Source: Syntrophales bacterium
GTDB taxonomy: Bacteria > Desulfobacterota > Syntrophia > Syntrophales > PHBD01
Assembly: GCA_963668175.1 (NCBI GenBank)
Contig: OY764159.1
Location: 704,001 to 768,000 of the forward strand
Length of the DNA stretch: 64,000 bases
Direction: 5' to 3'
A model generated the notes under the pieces. That model searched no databases. It saw only the letters and a list, made by a program, of their open reading frames with translations, and was not told the DNA's origin. Of the stretch, positions 36,643 to 47,162 are shown in pieces (positions within the stretch are counted from its first letter, which is position 1; each line of letters starts with the position of its first letter). The translations under genes were made by a program, and so were the position numbers.

Positions 36643-38893
36643 GCGGGATGATTCTCGGATCACCGTTTCCGTGGGGGGAATGACCTGCGCCGCCTGCGTC
36701 AGGAGAGTGGAGTCGGCCCTTAAGGGATTGCCGGGTGTGAGGGATGTTGCCGTCAATCTGGCGACGGCCCGGGCGACGATAACCCATGACGAGGCATGGG
36801 CAGGGATCGGCGCGATTAAACAAACCGTTACGGATCAAGGTTATGATTATCTGGGCATGCCCGATGACAGCCGCGAAGATCCTATCACGGCGGCCAGGAA
36901 GAAGGAGATCCGCAACTTAACCCTTCGATTTATCGTCGGTATCGTTCTCAGTACAGTCATTTTCATGGGTTCCATGCAGCACTGGTTCCCCTTCCTCGGT
37001 TCGATCCCGAGGCAGGCGATGCTGATCGTCATGTTCGTGCTGACGACGCCTGTTGTATTCTGGGTGGGCAGCCGTTTCTTCTCCGGGGCTTTGAAAGCCG
37101 CAAGGCAGCTGACCACGGATATGAATACGCTGGTGGCCATCGGCGCCTTCTCGGCCTATCTCTATTCCGTCCTGGCGACGTTTTTTCCCCGCTTCTTCAC
37201 CGGCGCCGATATGGCACCTCAGGTCTATTATGACGGGGCGGCCATGATCGTTACGCTGATCATTCTCGGGAGGCTTCTGGAAGCGAAGGCAACGGGCAAT
37301 ACGTCCGCGGCCATCCAGAAACTGATCAACCTCAAACCGAAGACGGCACGGGTCGTGCGTAACGACGAGATGCTGGACGTCGTCATTGAAAGTGTCGTTC
37401 CGGGAGACGTGATCATGGTGAGACCGGGGGAACAAGTGCCCACGGACGGTGTCGTTGTTTCCGGGGCGTCTTCCGTCGATGAATCCATGCTGACCGGAGA
37501 GAGCCTGCCGATCGCGAAAACGACCGGCGACAATGTCTTCGCCGCAACCCTGAACAAGAGCGGCAGCTTCACCTTTCGGGCGACCCGTGTGGGTTCCGAG
37601 ACGGCCCTGGCCAGAATCATACGCCTTGTCGAAGAAGCGCAAGGTTCCAAGGCCCCGATCCAGAGAATGGCCGACCGCGTGGCGTCGATCTTCGTGCCGG
37701 TCGTTATCGCCATCGCAGTGGTGACCTTTCTGATCTGGTATTATGTGGTGCCCGATCCGCTCTTCAGTCGAGCCCTCCTGAATTTCATCTCGGTCCTCGT
37801 TATCGCCTGCCCCTGCGCATTAGGGCTGGCGACCCCTACGGCGGTCATGGTGGGAACGGGACTGGGTGCGGAAAGCGGTATCCTCATCAAAGGTGGGGAG
37901 AGTCTGGAAAATGCCTATAAACTGACGGCCGTCGTCTTCGATAAAACCGGTACCCTGACGAAGGGCGAGTCGGAAGTAACGGATGTCCTTCCTGCAAACG
38001 GCGTAACGAGGGAAGAGCTTCTTACAATCGCGATGGCCATTGAATCCGCCTCCGAACATCCCCTCGCGGCGGCCGTCGTCGCCAAGGGCCGAAACGAAGG
38101 GCTTTATGCCGCTTCCGGTGAAGGCTTTCAGGCCCTCTCCGGTCTGGGCGCGAAAGCCGTGGTGGACGGTCAATCCTGCCTGCTGGGAAATGCCGCCATG
38201 ATGCAGAAAGAAGGTATCGCCCTGAGCGGTCTTGATGTCGACGCCGAGCGGATGGCCCGTGAAGGCAAAACCTGTGTTTTCGTGGCCAGGAAAGGGACGG
38301 CAATAGGTCTGATAGCCCTTGCAGATACGGCAAAGCCGTCTGCCAAGCAAGCTGTCGCGGAAATCAAGGATATGGGTCTGAAAGTCGCGATGATAACGGG
38401 AGATAACGCAAACACCGCCAAGGCCATCGGCGATTCCTTGGGTATTGAGAAGGTCATGTCGGAGGTGCTTCCCGGCGATAAGGCCCGGGAAATAGGCCGG
38501 TTGCATGATGAAGGGGCCGTCGTGGCCATGGTGGGGGACGGGATCAACGATGCCCCGGCCCTGGCGGCCGCCGATATCGGCATTGCCATCGGGACAGGTA
38601 CCGATGTCGCCATCGAGGCCAGCGACATTACCCTGATGAGCGACGATCTGAGAGCCGTACCCAGGGCAATCCGCCTGTCCTTCGAGACGATGAAGGTTAT
38701 CCGGCAGAACCTTTTCTGGGCCTTCTTCTATAACACCCTCGGTATCCCCGTTGCGGCGGGAGTCCTGTACCCCTTTTTCGGCATCCTTTTGAATCCCGAA
38801 TTTGCAGCCGCGGCGATGGCCTTAAGCTCCGTTTCGGTCGTCACCAATTCCCTGAGGTTGAGGCGGGTCTGGAAGTCTCAAAACCGAAGATAG
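36614..38893 (+). CDS. copA: Cu(I)-translocating P1B-type ATPase
   Basis: [36 protein letters not shown] and MALSS motifs; true start may be TTG 36635. Confidence 0.93.
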   Translation: MKKRGTKLVERDDSRITVSVGGMTCAACVRRVESALKGLPGVRDVAVNLATARATITHDEAWAGIGAIKQTVTDQGYDYLGMPDDSREDPITAARKKEIRNLTLRFIVGIVLSTVIFMGSMQHWFPFLGSIPRQAMLIVMFVLTTPVVFWVGSRFFSGALKAARQLTTDMNTLVAIGAFSAYLYSVLATFFPRFFTGADMAPQVYYDGAAMIVTLIILGRLLEAKATGNTSAAIQKLINLKPKTARVVRNDEMLDVVIESVVPGDVIMVRPGEQVPTDGVVVSGASSVDESMLTGESLPIAKTTGDNVFAATLNKSGSFTFRATRVGSETALARIIRLVEEAQGSKAPIQRMADRVASIFVPVVIAIAVVTFLIWYYVVPDPLFSRALLNFISVLVIACPCALGLATPTAVMVGTGLGAESGILIKGGESLENAYKLTAVVFDKTGTLTKGESEVTDVLPANGVTREELLTIAMAIESASEHPLAAAVVAKGRNEGLYAASGEGFQALSGLGAKAVVDGQSCLLGNAAMMQKEGIALSGLDVDAERMAREGKTCVFVARKGTAIGLIALADTAKPSAKQAVAEIKDMGLKVAMITGDNANTAKAIGDSLGIEKVMSEVLPGDKAREIGRLHDEGAVVAMVGDGINDAPALAAADIGIAIGTGTDVAIEASDITLMSDDLRAVPRAIRLSFETMKVIRQNLFWAFFYNTLGIPVAAGVLYPFFGILLNPEFAAAAMALSSVSVVTNSLRLRRVWKSQNRR

Positions 38894-38936
38894 GAAGGTA
38901 TGATGGGATGGGGCTGGCGGCCGTCTGTGACGATAC

Positions 38937-40628
38937 TTACCGGACCTTCAGGACCATGAGGGTGATGTCGTCGAACTGGGGTTGCCGGCCTGCGAAATCG
39001 ATCACGGACCCCTGGATGACTGCGAGGAGTTCGCCGGCGTTCATCTCCCGGTGGCTTTGGACAACATGGATAAGACGGTCCAGCCCGAAGGCTTCCCCCG
39101 ATTCGTTGATGGCCTCGTTGACGCCGTCCGTGTAGAGGACGACAATATCCCCCGATGCCAAATAGAGATCCTCTTCGCCGAGATCGATGTCCGGTTTGAC
39201 TCCCAACGCAATGCCTCTGGCCTTCAGGGGAACGGGGTTTTCTTCTCCTCTTTTGAAGAAAAGAGGCGGATTATGGCCGGCATTGATATACCGGAACCTC
39301 CTGTTGGCATCCAGAACGGCGTAGAAGAGTGTTACGAACATGCCGGACGTGGAATCCCGGCATATCAGCGTATTGGCCTGCCTGATGGCCAGGACGGGAT
39401 TCGGAGTGCTCGTCGTGCTGGCCCGGACGATGGTCCTCGAAAGTCCCATGAAGATGGCGGCAGACATGCCTTTGCCCGAAACATCCGCTATAACGACTCC
39501 CCAATGGTCTTCGGCAACGGGGATAAAGTCGTAAAAGTCTCCGCCGACTTCCCGGGCCGGTATATTGTTGGCCGCAATATCGATTCCCTTGATCGAGGGG
39601 GCGGCCGCGGGGAGCAGCCTCTGCTGAAGGCCGCGGGCGATCTCCATTTCCTTCACCAGGCCTTCTTTCTCCGACGTGGTCCTCTCCAATTTTGCCATCT
39701 GGTCTTCGAGATCGGATGCCATGCGGTTGAATGCGGAGGCCAAGTCCTCGAATTCATCCTCGGTGCGGAGTTGCACCCGGTAGTCTATTTCGCCGCGGCC
39801 GATGGCCCGTACGCCGTCGATTAGGGCCATGATCGGGTTGGTGATCATATTGGAAAGGAGATAGGAAATACTGAACACGACGAAGATGAGAATCATGAGA
39901 AAGACGATGAAACTGGTATAGACGTCCTCGAGCCTCTCATTGACATGCTGGTTGATCGTCTTTGTGGCTGTCTGGATCTTTTCGCGGGTTTCAGTGACCG
40001 GGATCGAAAATTCATCGATGTAGGTTGTGGCCGCGATCATATAGGGCGTTCCGGCTACGGGTACGATGGCCATGAATTTGCGGCGAATCTTGCCGTCCAA
40101 TTCCTCCCAGTCGTAGTAGCCGCTTGCCGGGGATCCGTTGAATGTCCGCTCGAAGATCGCCCAGAACCCGGGGAGCTTGTCTTTCCAATGGTGCATGTCG
40201 TAATTGACGAGTTCGGGGTTGGGATGGAATCTCATGATCCCGTTTGTTTCGTACAGGATGGTATAACCCGTCTTGCCCACCGACTGGACGGCGATGGTTT
40301 CGAATTCCTTCTTTTTTCTGAGTGCATCGATGGTGATTCTCGGATGGGCGTTGAGGTAAACCCTGCATTGCAGGGCAACATCGGCCGCCTTCTGGGCGAT
40401 GATCCTCTCGCCCAGCGCTTCCAGGGCCTGGGTGCTGTCGTTGGCCGCGCTGGTGCCGAGGGAACTGCCGCTTTCCAGGGCGTAGCTGCCGATTTTTTTG
40501 ATATCGTTCAGGGCGAAATATCCGAAGATAATCAGTGAAATGATGGGCAGACCGAGAAAGGCGACCATGATCCGCGTTCTGATCCGGATACGCGGTATTT
40601 TAATACGGAAAGGAGATTGTTTTGTCAA
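38937..40628 (-). CDS. Membrane sensor PP2C phosphatase (RsbU/SpoIIE) with Cache and HAMP domains
   Basis: Two transmembrane helices around a periplasmic domain, HAMP (DEFEDLASAFNRM), VGGDFYD, ADVSGKG, NAGH, YTDG, DDIT. Confidence 0.9.
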   Translation of the reverse strand: MTKQSPFRIKIPRIRIRTRIMVAFLGLPIISLIIFGYFALNDIKKIGSYALESGSSLGTSAANDSTQALEALGERIIAQKAADVALQCRVYLNAHPRITIDALRKKKEFETIAVQSVGKTGYTILYETNGIMRFHPNPELVNYDMHHWKDKLPGFWAIFERTFNGSPASGYYDWEELDGKIRRKFMAIVPVAGTPYMIAATTYIDEFSIPVTETREKIQTATKTINQHVNERLEDVYTSFIVFLMILIFVVFSISYLLSNMITNPIMALIDGVRAIGRGEIDYRVQLRTEDEFEDLASAFNRMASDLEDQMAKLERTTSEKEGLVKEMEIARGLQQRLLPAAAPSIKGIDIAANNIPAREVGGDFYDFIPVAEDHWGVVIADVSGKGMSAAIFMGLSRTIVRASTTSTPNPVLAIRQANTLICRDSTSGMFVTLFYAVLDANRRFRYINAGHNPPLFFKRGEENPVPLKARGIALGVKPDIDLGEEDLYLASGDIVVLYTDGVNEAINESGEAFGLDRLIHVVQSHREMNAGELLAVIQGSVIDFAGRQPQFDDITLMVLKVR

Positions 40629-40642
40629 CGCCCCACCCTGTG

Positions 40643-41593
40643 TCAGAGATTCAGCGACTGCCAGCGGTCTTCCCGCTCCAGTCTGTAGAAAGTCCGGCGC
40701 CGCTCCGGCGATTCCTTAATGGCGACATAACCATTGACGAGGTATCCCCTCGCGAGATAGTGCATGAAGAGAGAACGGCAGCTGTTCCTGAGAATCTGGG
40801 CCTTCGCGCGGTCCGCCAGCAGGATTTTATCCTGATTGTAAGGTATTTCCACAAAAATCGGCGATGCCTTGAGGTTGAAGACGGCCTTTTTCCCGGCCTT
40901 CTCCAGACCTTGTTCGTCGATGATGATTTCGTTGACCGTGTTGGCCGCCGTCATCTCCGAGGCATCGGATAGGTCAGGAGAAATCCCCCGTTCCATACGG
41001 TCTTTTACGCGTTCGGAATTGATCAACCATTCCACGACGAAACGATCCGTCGATATGGCCCTGTTGAACTCGTCGCTGGTGAAGACCGCGCTGTAATAGT
41101 TGAACCCGATCTCCTTTACGATGGCCCCCATTTTATGGATGTAGATATAGCCGTTCCGGGAGACCATAGGGTCGTATGTCCAACGGATCCGCGAAATCTG
41201 CCTTTCTTTCGCGCAGGCATACAGGGTCTGAACGAGTTCTTCTCCGATATTTTTGTCCCAATACTTGCGGTCGACGCCCATTCTGGCGCCGTACCAGAAG
41301 GGGCCCCGCTTGTCGAAATCGGCAAAGCAGACGAGGAATCCGATGGGATGGTCACCCTCATACCAGGCATCTTCCCGGGCCATGGCGGCCTTTTCTTCCA
41401 CAGAAAAGAGCCCTTCGTCGAAAGCCGTCAGGACAAGTCCGTTGGTAATGTACGCGAGCTCAAAATAGAGCATGGGCGCGTTGACTTCCCGGTAACCTTC
41501 ACGCTTCCAGACGCGCTTCTCAAGTTCCACAACATCGTTGAGAACGGATTCCTTGAGATACTTCTCCACCCTTATCTTAGACTTTGAGGACAT
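40643..41593 (-). CDS. Predicted GNAT-family acyltransferase (COG3375-like)
   Basis: ARMGVDRKYWDKNIG acyl-CoA motif, WTYDPMVSRNGYIYIHKMGA, TDRFVVEW. Confidence 0.7.
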   Translation of the reverse strand: MSSKSKIRVEKYLKESVLNDVVELEKRVWKREGYREVNAPMLYFELAYITNGLVLTAFDEGLFSVEEKAAMAREDAWYEGDHPIGFLVCFADFDKRGPFWYGARMGVDRKYWDKNIGEELVQTLYACAKERQISRIRWTYDPMVSRNGYIYIHKMGAIVKEIGFNYYSAVFTSDEFNRAISTDRFVVEWLINSERVKDRMERGISPDLSDASEMTAANTVNEIIIDEQGLEKAGKKAVFNLKASPIFVEIPYNQDKILLADRAKAQILRNSCRSLFMHYLARGYLVNGYVAIKESPERRRTFYRLEREDRWQSLNL

Positions 41594-41605
41594 GCGGCCA
41601 TCCCG

Positions 41606-42052
41606 TTATTGGGTTTGAATGGACGTATAATGTGCCTGCCGAGACACGGAGTGTCGCGCGGGATACATGGTCAAGATAAGGACATTACGCTCTCCGTCCC
41701 GGTGATAGCTGAGCTGATTGGTCAATTTTCTTATGAAAAAGACACCCAGCCCGCCGGTCTTTCGGGCCATCAAATCGGTCGATATATCCGGATCGGGGAG
41801 CGTATGGATGTCAAATGAGACACCTTCGTCGGCGATGACGATTTCAATACCGCCTCCACCGATGGGGGCGCAGATCAGCTCAATGTAACCGGGACGTTGC
41901 GGATAAGCATGGCGAATGATATTCACCAGGGCTTCTTCCACAACCAGTTCTATCTCATTCAACCTCTCCCGATGAAATGCCATGCGACTGGCGCAGAGGG
42001 AGACATGCTCCAGAAATAACCTTAAATTATCCAGGGTGGCGGGTAGTTTCAT
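41606..42052 (-). CDS. Anti-sigma factor Ser/Thr kinase (RsbW-like)
   Basis: EEALVNIIRHAY, DEG, GGLG. Confidence 0.88.
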   Translation of the reverse strand: MKLPATLDNLRLFLEHVSLCASRMAFHRERLNEIELVVEEALVNIIRHAYPQRPGYIELICAPIGGGGIEIVIADEGVSFDIHTLPDPDISTDLMARKTGGLGVFFIRKLTNQLSYHRDGERNVLILTMYPARHSVSRQAHYTSIQTQ

Positions 42053-42074
42053 TTGGAAGGTTTTATTCTTTCAA

Positions 42075-42419
42075 TCATTCACGGCCCTGCTGTCGGCTGA
42101 CGGCTTCCGTTACGGACGCATAAATCGGAAACAACGTATCAAAGCCGGAAATTTCAAAGACTTCTTTTACCGTGCCCCGTAAAGACGTCAAGGCGATTCC
42201 CCCTTGTCTGCCTTCCAGGTTTTTGGCGGCGGCTAGAATACACTGCAACCCAGCGCTGCTGATATATTCCAAGTCGCTGAAATCGAAGACGAAATAAAGT
42301 TCGTTCTCTGCGATCTTCTCGTCCAGGATCTTCTCCAGATCCGGGGCGCAAACAGCATCCATTCTCCCTTTGATGGAGATGACAATGCTGCTTCCTTCTT
42401 TTCTCAGGTCTATAACCAT
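42075..42419 (-). CDS. STAS-domain anti-anti-sigma factor (RsbV-like)
   Basis: GRMDA, LEYISSAGL phospho-Ser motif, VFEISGF. Confidence 0.9.
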   Translation of the reverse strand: MVIDLRKEGSSIVISIKGRMDAVCAPDLEKILDEKIAENELYFVFDFSDLEYISSAGLQCILAAAKNLEGRQGGIALTSLRGTVKEVFEISGFDTLFPIYASVTEAVSRQQGRE

Positions 42420-42446
42420 GGGATGATAGCCATCTCAGCGGGTACG

Positions 42447-42485
42447 TTAAGGACACCCTTCGGATATTCCGGAGGGTGTCCTTAA
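42447..42485. terminator. Long inverted repeat between hbd and the rsbV-like gene (terminator or stability hairpin)
   Basis: TTAAGGACACCCTTCGGA-TAT-TCCGGAGGGTGTCCTTAA, 18-bp arms with one G-T pair. Confidence 0.55.
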
Positions 42486-42507
42486 TCAGGCTTATAAACG
42501 CGACATG

Positions 42508-43371
42508 CTATTTGCTGTAATCGTAGAAACCTCTTCCGGTCTTCCTTCCCAGATAGCCGGCATCGACATATTTCTTAAGAAGCGGGCAGGGGCGGTATTT
42601 GGAATCGCCGAAACCCTGGTGGAGAACATTCATGATGGCATAGCAAGTATCGAGACCGATCAGGTCGGCCAGGGCGAGGGGCCCCATGGGATGGTTCATG
42701 CCGAGGACCATGATGTCGTCGATGGCCTTGGGAGTGCCGACGCCTTCGAAAAGGGCGTATACCGCTTCGTTGATCATGGGCAGAAGAACGCGGTTGGAGA
42801 TGAATCCCGGAAAATCGTTGCATTCCACCGGAGTTTTACCGAATTGTTTGGTCAGTGATTCGGTCAGGGCGAAAGTTTCCTGTGAGGTGGCCAATCCGCG
42901 GATGATTTCGACCAGCCTCATTACGGGAACAGGATTCATAAAGTGCATGCCGATAACTTTATCCGGCCGTTTCGTGGCACCGGCGATTCTGGTGATCGGA
43001 ATGGACGATGTGTTGGTGGCCAGGACGACGTCGGGTTTGCAGAATTCATCCAGCTTCCTGAAGATGTTGAGTTTCAGGTCTTCTCTTTCAACGGCCGCCT
43101 CCACGACAAAATCCGCCCCTTTCATGTCTTCCAGGTTGGTGCTTTTCTTGATCCTGCCGAGAATTTCCGTCTTCTGTGCGGCAGTGAGTTTCTCCTTGGC
43201 TACCAATCTGTCCAGGTTCTTGGAGATGGTATCGTATCCTTTGTCGACAAACTGGTCCGCGATGTCATTCATGATGACATTGATTCCGCCGGGATATGCG
43301 GCAACCTGCGCGATTCCGTTTCCCATTTGTCCGGCACCGATAACACCAATTGTTTTTACTGCCATTCTCAT
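42508..43371 (-). CDS. hbd: 3-hydroxybutyryl-CoA dehydrogenase
   Basis: [45 protein letters not shown]. Confidence 0.92.
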   Translation of the reverse strand: MRMAVKTIGVIGAGQMGNGIAQVAAYPGGINVIMNDIADQFVDKGYDTISKNLDRLVAKEKLTAAQKTEILGRIKKSTNLEDMKGADFVVEAAVEREDLKLNIFRKLDEFCKPDVVLATNTSSIPITRIAGATKRPDKVIGMHFMNPVPVMRLVEIIRGLATSQETFALTESLTKQFGKTPVECNDFPGFISNRVLLPMINEAVYALFEGVGTPKAIDDIMVLGMNHPMGPLALADLIGLDTCYAIMNVLHQGFGDSKYRPCPLLKKYVDAGYLGRKTGRGFYDYSK

Positions 43372-43447
43372 TCCCTCCTTCAGATTAGAGTGATATTCGC
43401 TTTCGGGGGCAACGCGATGACAATCCGCAGCCCCTGTTTGAACGTCT

Positions 43448-44809
43448 TTATTTATCGACCCTGATCAGCATGGCGTCGCCCTGGGCATGGCCGGAACAGA
43501 TACCGCAGACGCCGTAGCCCCCTCCCCTCCGCCTGAGTTCGTAACCGAGGGTCATAGCGATCCTGGCGCCCGTAGCCCCGATGGGATGGCCGTAGGCGAC
43601 GGCGCCTCCGTTGATGTTGACTTTCTTGTACATGTCTTCCTTGGACATGCCCAGGATCGACCGGCAGCTTACGAGGGTCACGGCGGCAAAGGCTTCGTTG
43701 ATTTCGATGACGTCCATCTGATCGATGGTCATATCGTTTTGGTCGAGAACTTTCTTGATGGACAGGCCCGGAACGGTGGCAATGTCTTTCGTCGGCTGAG
43801 AGACCTCGGCATAGTCTACAATCGTGAAGATCGGTTTTAAACCAAGCTCGTTTGCCTTTTCCCGGCTCATGAGCAGGCAGACGTCGCCGCCGTCGTTGAC
43901 GCCCGGTGCATTGCCCGCGGTGACGCTTCCGGGCTGGCCGGTCACGGTGCTCTTGTGGTTGAACACCGGCGGCAGTTTGGCAAGGCCCTCGAGCGTCGTT
44001 TCCGGCCTGGGGCCTTCGTCCTTGTCCATGACGAACACTTTTTTACCCTGTTTGATTTCAACGGGGAATACTTCATCGTCCAGTTTTCCCGCCGCCATGG
44101 CCTTGACGGCGTTCAACTGGGAGTTGAGCGCCCATTCGTCCTGATCCGCACGGGTAAAGCCGAATTCGTCGGCCACTTCCGAGCCGTGAATGGCCATGTG
44201 CCTGTTATAGAAGGCGTCCCACAACCCGTCGTAGACCATGGCGTCCACAACGCGTCCGTTGGGCAAGCCCATCCGGGCGCCCCACCGCATATCGGGAAGA
44301 ACGAACGGACAGTTGCTCATGCTCTCCTGGCCGCCGGCAATGCAGATTTCCGCCCTGCCGAGCTGGATCGCCTGGAAGGCAAGGTCGATCGTCTTGATTC
44401 CGGAGGAACACACTTTGTTGACGGTAATGCAGGGAACGGATTCGGGAACACCGGCCAAAATGGTCGCCTGGCGTCCCGGGATCTGGCCGCACCCGGCAGG
44501 GACGACTTGTCCCATGTAAATGTAATCGACGTCCGCTCCTTTGACCTTGCCGTTGGTCCTGCGAAGGACTTCCTTGATGGCCAGGGCGCCAAGCTCCATG
44601 GCGGAAAAGTCCTTCAAGGCGCCGCCGGATCGGCCGTAAGGCGTTCTGCAGGCTTCAACGCACACGACTTCTCGGAGTTTTTTATGGGGATTTTTCATTA
44701 TCCGGCCCATCGTGCTAAAATCGGCCTTTCTTTCCCCAAATTTTGCGATCGGAGCGTTGGCGTAAATTTCGGATTTCTTCTTGTCCAGTTTCTGCGGGGC
44801 TTTTTCCAT
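43448..44809 (-). CDS. Acetyl-CoA C-acyltransferase (thiolase) with N-terminal extension
   Basis: NKVCSSG (Cys), [27 protein letters not shown] before the start. Confidence 0.92.
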   Translation of the reverse strand: MEKAPQKLDKKKSEIYANAPIAKFGERKADFSTMGRIMKNPHKKLREVVCVEACRTPYGRSGGALKDFSAMELGALAIKEVLRRTNGKVKGADVDYIYMGQVVPAGCGQIPGRQATILAGVPESVPCITVNKVCSSGIKTIDLAFQAIQLGRAEICIAGGQESMSNCPFVLPDMRWGARMGLPNGRVVDAMVYDGLWDAFYNRHMAIHGSEVADEFGFTRADQDEWALNSQLNAVKAMAAGKLDDEVFPVEIKQGKKVFVMDKDEGPRPETTLEGLAKLPPVFNHKSTVTGQPGSVTAGNAPGVNDGGDVCLLMSREKANELGLKPIFTIVDYAEVSQPTKDIATVPGLSIKKVLDQNDMTIDQMDVIEINEAFAAVTLVSCRSILGMSKEDMYKKVNINGGAVAYGHPIGATGARIAMTLGYELRRRGGGYGVCGICSGHAQGDAMLIRVDK

Positions 44810-45151
44810 TCTGTCCTCCTTATATTATATTGGCTGGCATAAAACCTTCAATATGCAAATGTTGAGGCGAATGATGGACATGCTGAAAATAGATTAGATG
44901 ACGCCCTATGTCTTGCATATCCGATTTTCTTTGTCAATCAATTTACGTTTCGCATATTGCAGACCGGAAAACGGCCGGGCCGGGGAAGTCCTGGACGCGA
45001 TTTCTGCCATGCCTGAAAGGCATTCGTGTTTTCAGTTGCGGAAAAAAGGGTCCTTGTGTTAACCCAGTGTCATTATCCACCGTTCAAAATGCAATTCCTG
45101 CAAGGCCGTTGCCGCCGGTATCCGATAAACCTGACGCAAGGAGCGACAAGT

Positions 45152-46357
45152 ATGCCGACCATAACGATTCGGGAATGCCCCAAAGTGTATATCTTAGAGA
45201 CGCATCGATCGAAAACGCCGGAGTCCACCCTGAAATTCGTCGAAGACATGAAAGACGCCCTGGGCATGCTGGATCTCCATGACGCCACGGACGTCGAAAG
45301 GTTGCAGATTCCCGTTTTTCTCTGCAACCGCATCCGCCCCGACCGGTCCGAAACGAGCCATACCGGGAAGGGGGTTTCCGCCATCCAGGCCCGGGTGTCC
45401 CTGACCATGGAATCCATCGAACGCTATTCATCGGAGTATCGCGACGAATATGCCGGGACGCTGGTCAAGGGAGCGTACAACCGCTTACGGGATCAATACA
45501 ACGTTCTCGATCCCCTGTCTCTTATCCTTTCGTCCCGGAGCGATTACGATCATGACAGGGAAATCTTCTGGGTGTGGGGTACGGACCTCGTTGCTTCAGA
45601 AGACATCCTGGTGCCTGCCTGCGCCGTTTATCATCCGTTTCACCTCGAAGATACGTTTCTGATGGAGACCCATACTAACGGCATCGCGGCAGGTAACACC
45701 CTGGAAGAGGCCATCATTCACGGTACGGCCGAGGTCATCGAACGGGATGCCTGGAGTATAGCCCAGTACAACAGAACTTTTGCCGATGCCCTGTCGGTTG
45801 AGGACACGCCGGGTAACGCCTTTATCATCGATATCATTAATCGGTACGAGCACGCGGAAATTGAAATTGTTGCCAAAGATATTACATCCGACATCGGCGT
45901 GCCGGTTGTAGCGGCGTTTTCCCGAGATTTGCGCCATGAAGGAATGATACCGGTCGACGGATTCGGCGCCCATCTCGATCCCCGGGTCGCCGCCGTGAGG
46001 GCGTTGCTGGAGATAGCGACCACACGGGCATTATTTCTGGCGAAATACGGTCTTGAAAGAATGCAGGATTCCCTGCCCCATTATTATCGGGAAGATGATG
46101 AAGACCCCCGCTTCTATGCCTTTCACCAGAAAGGGCTGGGAGAAATCCCTTCCGATTTCACCGGCGATATTGCCGCCGACATCCGTCTCATGATCGCCAA
46201 ACTATGCAGGCAGGGATTGGATAAAGTCGTCGCCGTCGACCTCACCCGCCCTGACATAGGGATTCCCACGGTACGGATGATCGTTCCGGGGATGGAGGCG
46301 ATGTGCTTCGATCGATCACGGAAAGGGGAAAGGCTCATGAATGCCTTGCCGGAGTGA
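45152..46357 (+). CDS. YcaO-family protein (non-azoline, thioamide/amidine type)
   Basis: GKGVSAIQARVSLTMESIERYS, TNGIAAGNTLEEAIIHGTAEVIERDA, GFGAHLDP..A..RALLE, VRMIVPGME; no C-terminal PxP; start at ATG 45152 after AAGGAG. Confidence 0.9.
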   Translation: MPTITIRECPKVYILETHRSKTPESTLKFVEDMKDALGMLDLHDATDVERLQIPVFLCNRIRPDRSETSHTGKGVSAIQARVSLTMESIERYSSEYRDEYAGTLVKGAYNRLRDQYNVLDPLSLILSSRSDYDHDREIFWVWGTDLVASEDILVPACAVYHPFHLEDTFLMETHTNGIAAGNTLEEAIIHGTAEVIERDAWSIAQYNRTFADALSVEDTPGNAFIIDIINRYEHAEIEIVAKDITSDIGVPVVAAFSRDLRHEGMIPVDGFGAHLDPRVAAVRALLEIATTRALFLAKYGLERMQDSLPHYYREDDEDPRFYAFHQKGLGEIPSDFTGDIAADIRLMIAKLCRQGLDKVVAVDLTRPDIGIPTVRMIVPGMEAMCFDRSRKGERLMNALPE

Positions 46358-46363
46358 GAGACT

Positions 46364-46711
46364 ATGCTTTCCGAAGATGAAATCAGGGAACGGGCCTCAT
46401 ATTGCTGCTGTGTCTTGAAACAGCTGGGTTGGCTTTACGGCAATTCCTCCATTCCCCCTGCGCAGTATGTCGAATATCTGGGCAAGTCCTCGCTGGCGCT
46501 CGCTGAAGACGAATTCCTCATGGGCACGTTGATAGAGGCGGCAAGGAAGGAGAATATGGAGCAAGGTCTGTTTTCCCTCATCAATGTCTATGAAGGGCTT
46601 GTCCTGGCCTTCTGCGAATGCCTGGAGACGGATATGGAGACCATAACGAGTGCCATGCCTCCGGACACCTTTAAACGCCTGGCTGCGGAGATGGGTGTCG
46701 ATCTGGATTGA
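46364..46711 (+). CDS. Hypothetical acidic helical protein, probably co-transcribed with YcaO
   Basis: Starts 6 nt after the YcaO stop; 115 aa with no recognisable motif. Confidence 0.7.
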   Translation: MLSEDEIRERASYCCCVLKQLGWLYGNSSIPPAQYVEYLGKSSLALAEDEFLMGTLIEAARKENMEQGLFSLINVYEGLVLAFCECLETDMETITSAMPPDTFKRLAAEMGVDLD

Positions 46712-46792
46712 ACCGCCGACCACCTTCGTTGCCTCATATCATGCCGGGAAAATGACTCACGGGAGAGAAAGATTCATTCCCTGTGATTTTCC

Positions 46793-46821
46793 TTGACATG
46801 CAAAGAGGGATAACCTATAGA
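46793..46821 (+). promoter_or_regulatory. Candidate sigma-70 promoter for the CoA-transferase operon
   Basis: TTGACA-17 nt-TATAGA. Confidence 0.45.
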
Positions 46822-47162
46822 TCATTGTACCCTGGGCAGAGGTTTCGTATAAACATGCTCGGGTATTTCAGCGCTTTACAGGGATTAATCCCGCAGACTC
46901 ACCTGAAAAACACACGAAAAGTTGCTTATCGACCTCTTAAACGTATCAGATTAGGAGGTTAGTCATTTCAGATCATGGCAATACAATAACATTGTAACTG
47001 CAGTCAAAACCGGCTTGCATAAGTCGGACGTGATCAACTCAAATACGAAAAATCAGCAATTTATATGAAGGGAGGTGAATGTTCTTCGTTCAGCAGGATA
47101 ATTCATGTCGAAGCTGCATGTTTGCGGGGGTGTGTAATTGACAACGCCGAAAGGAGGGAACA

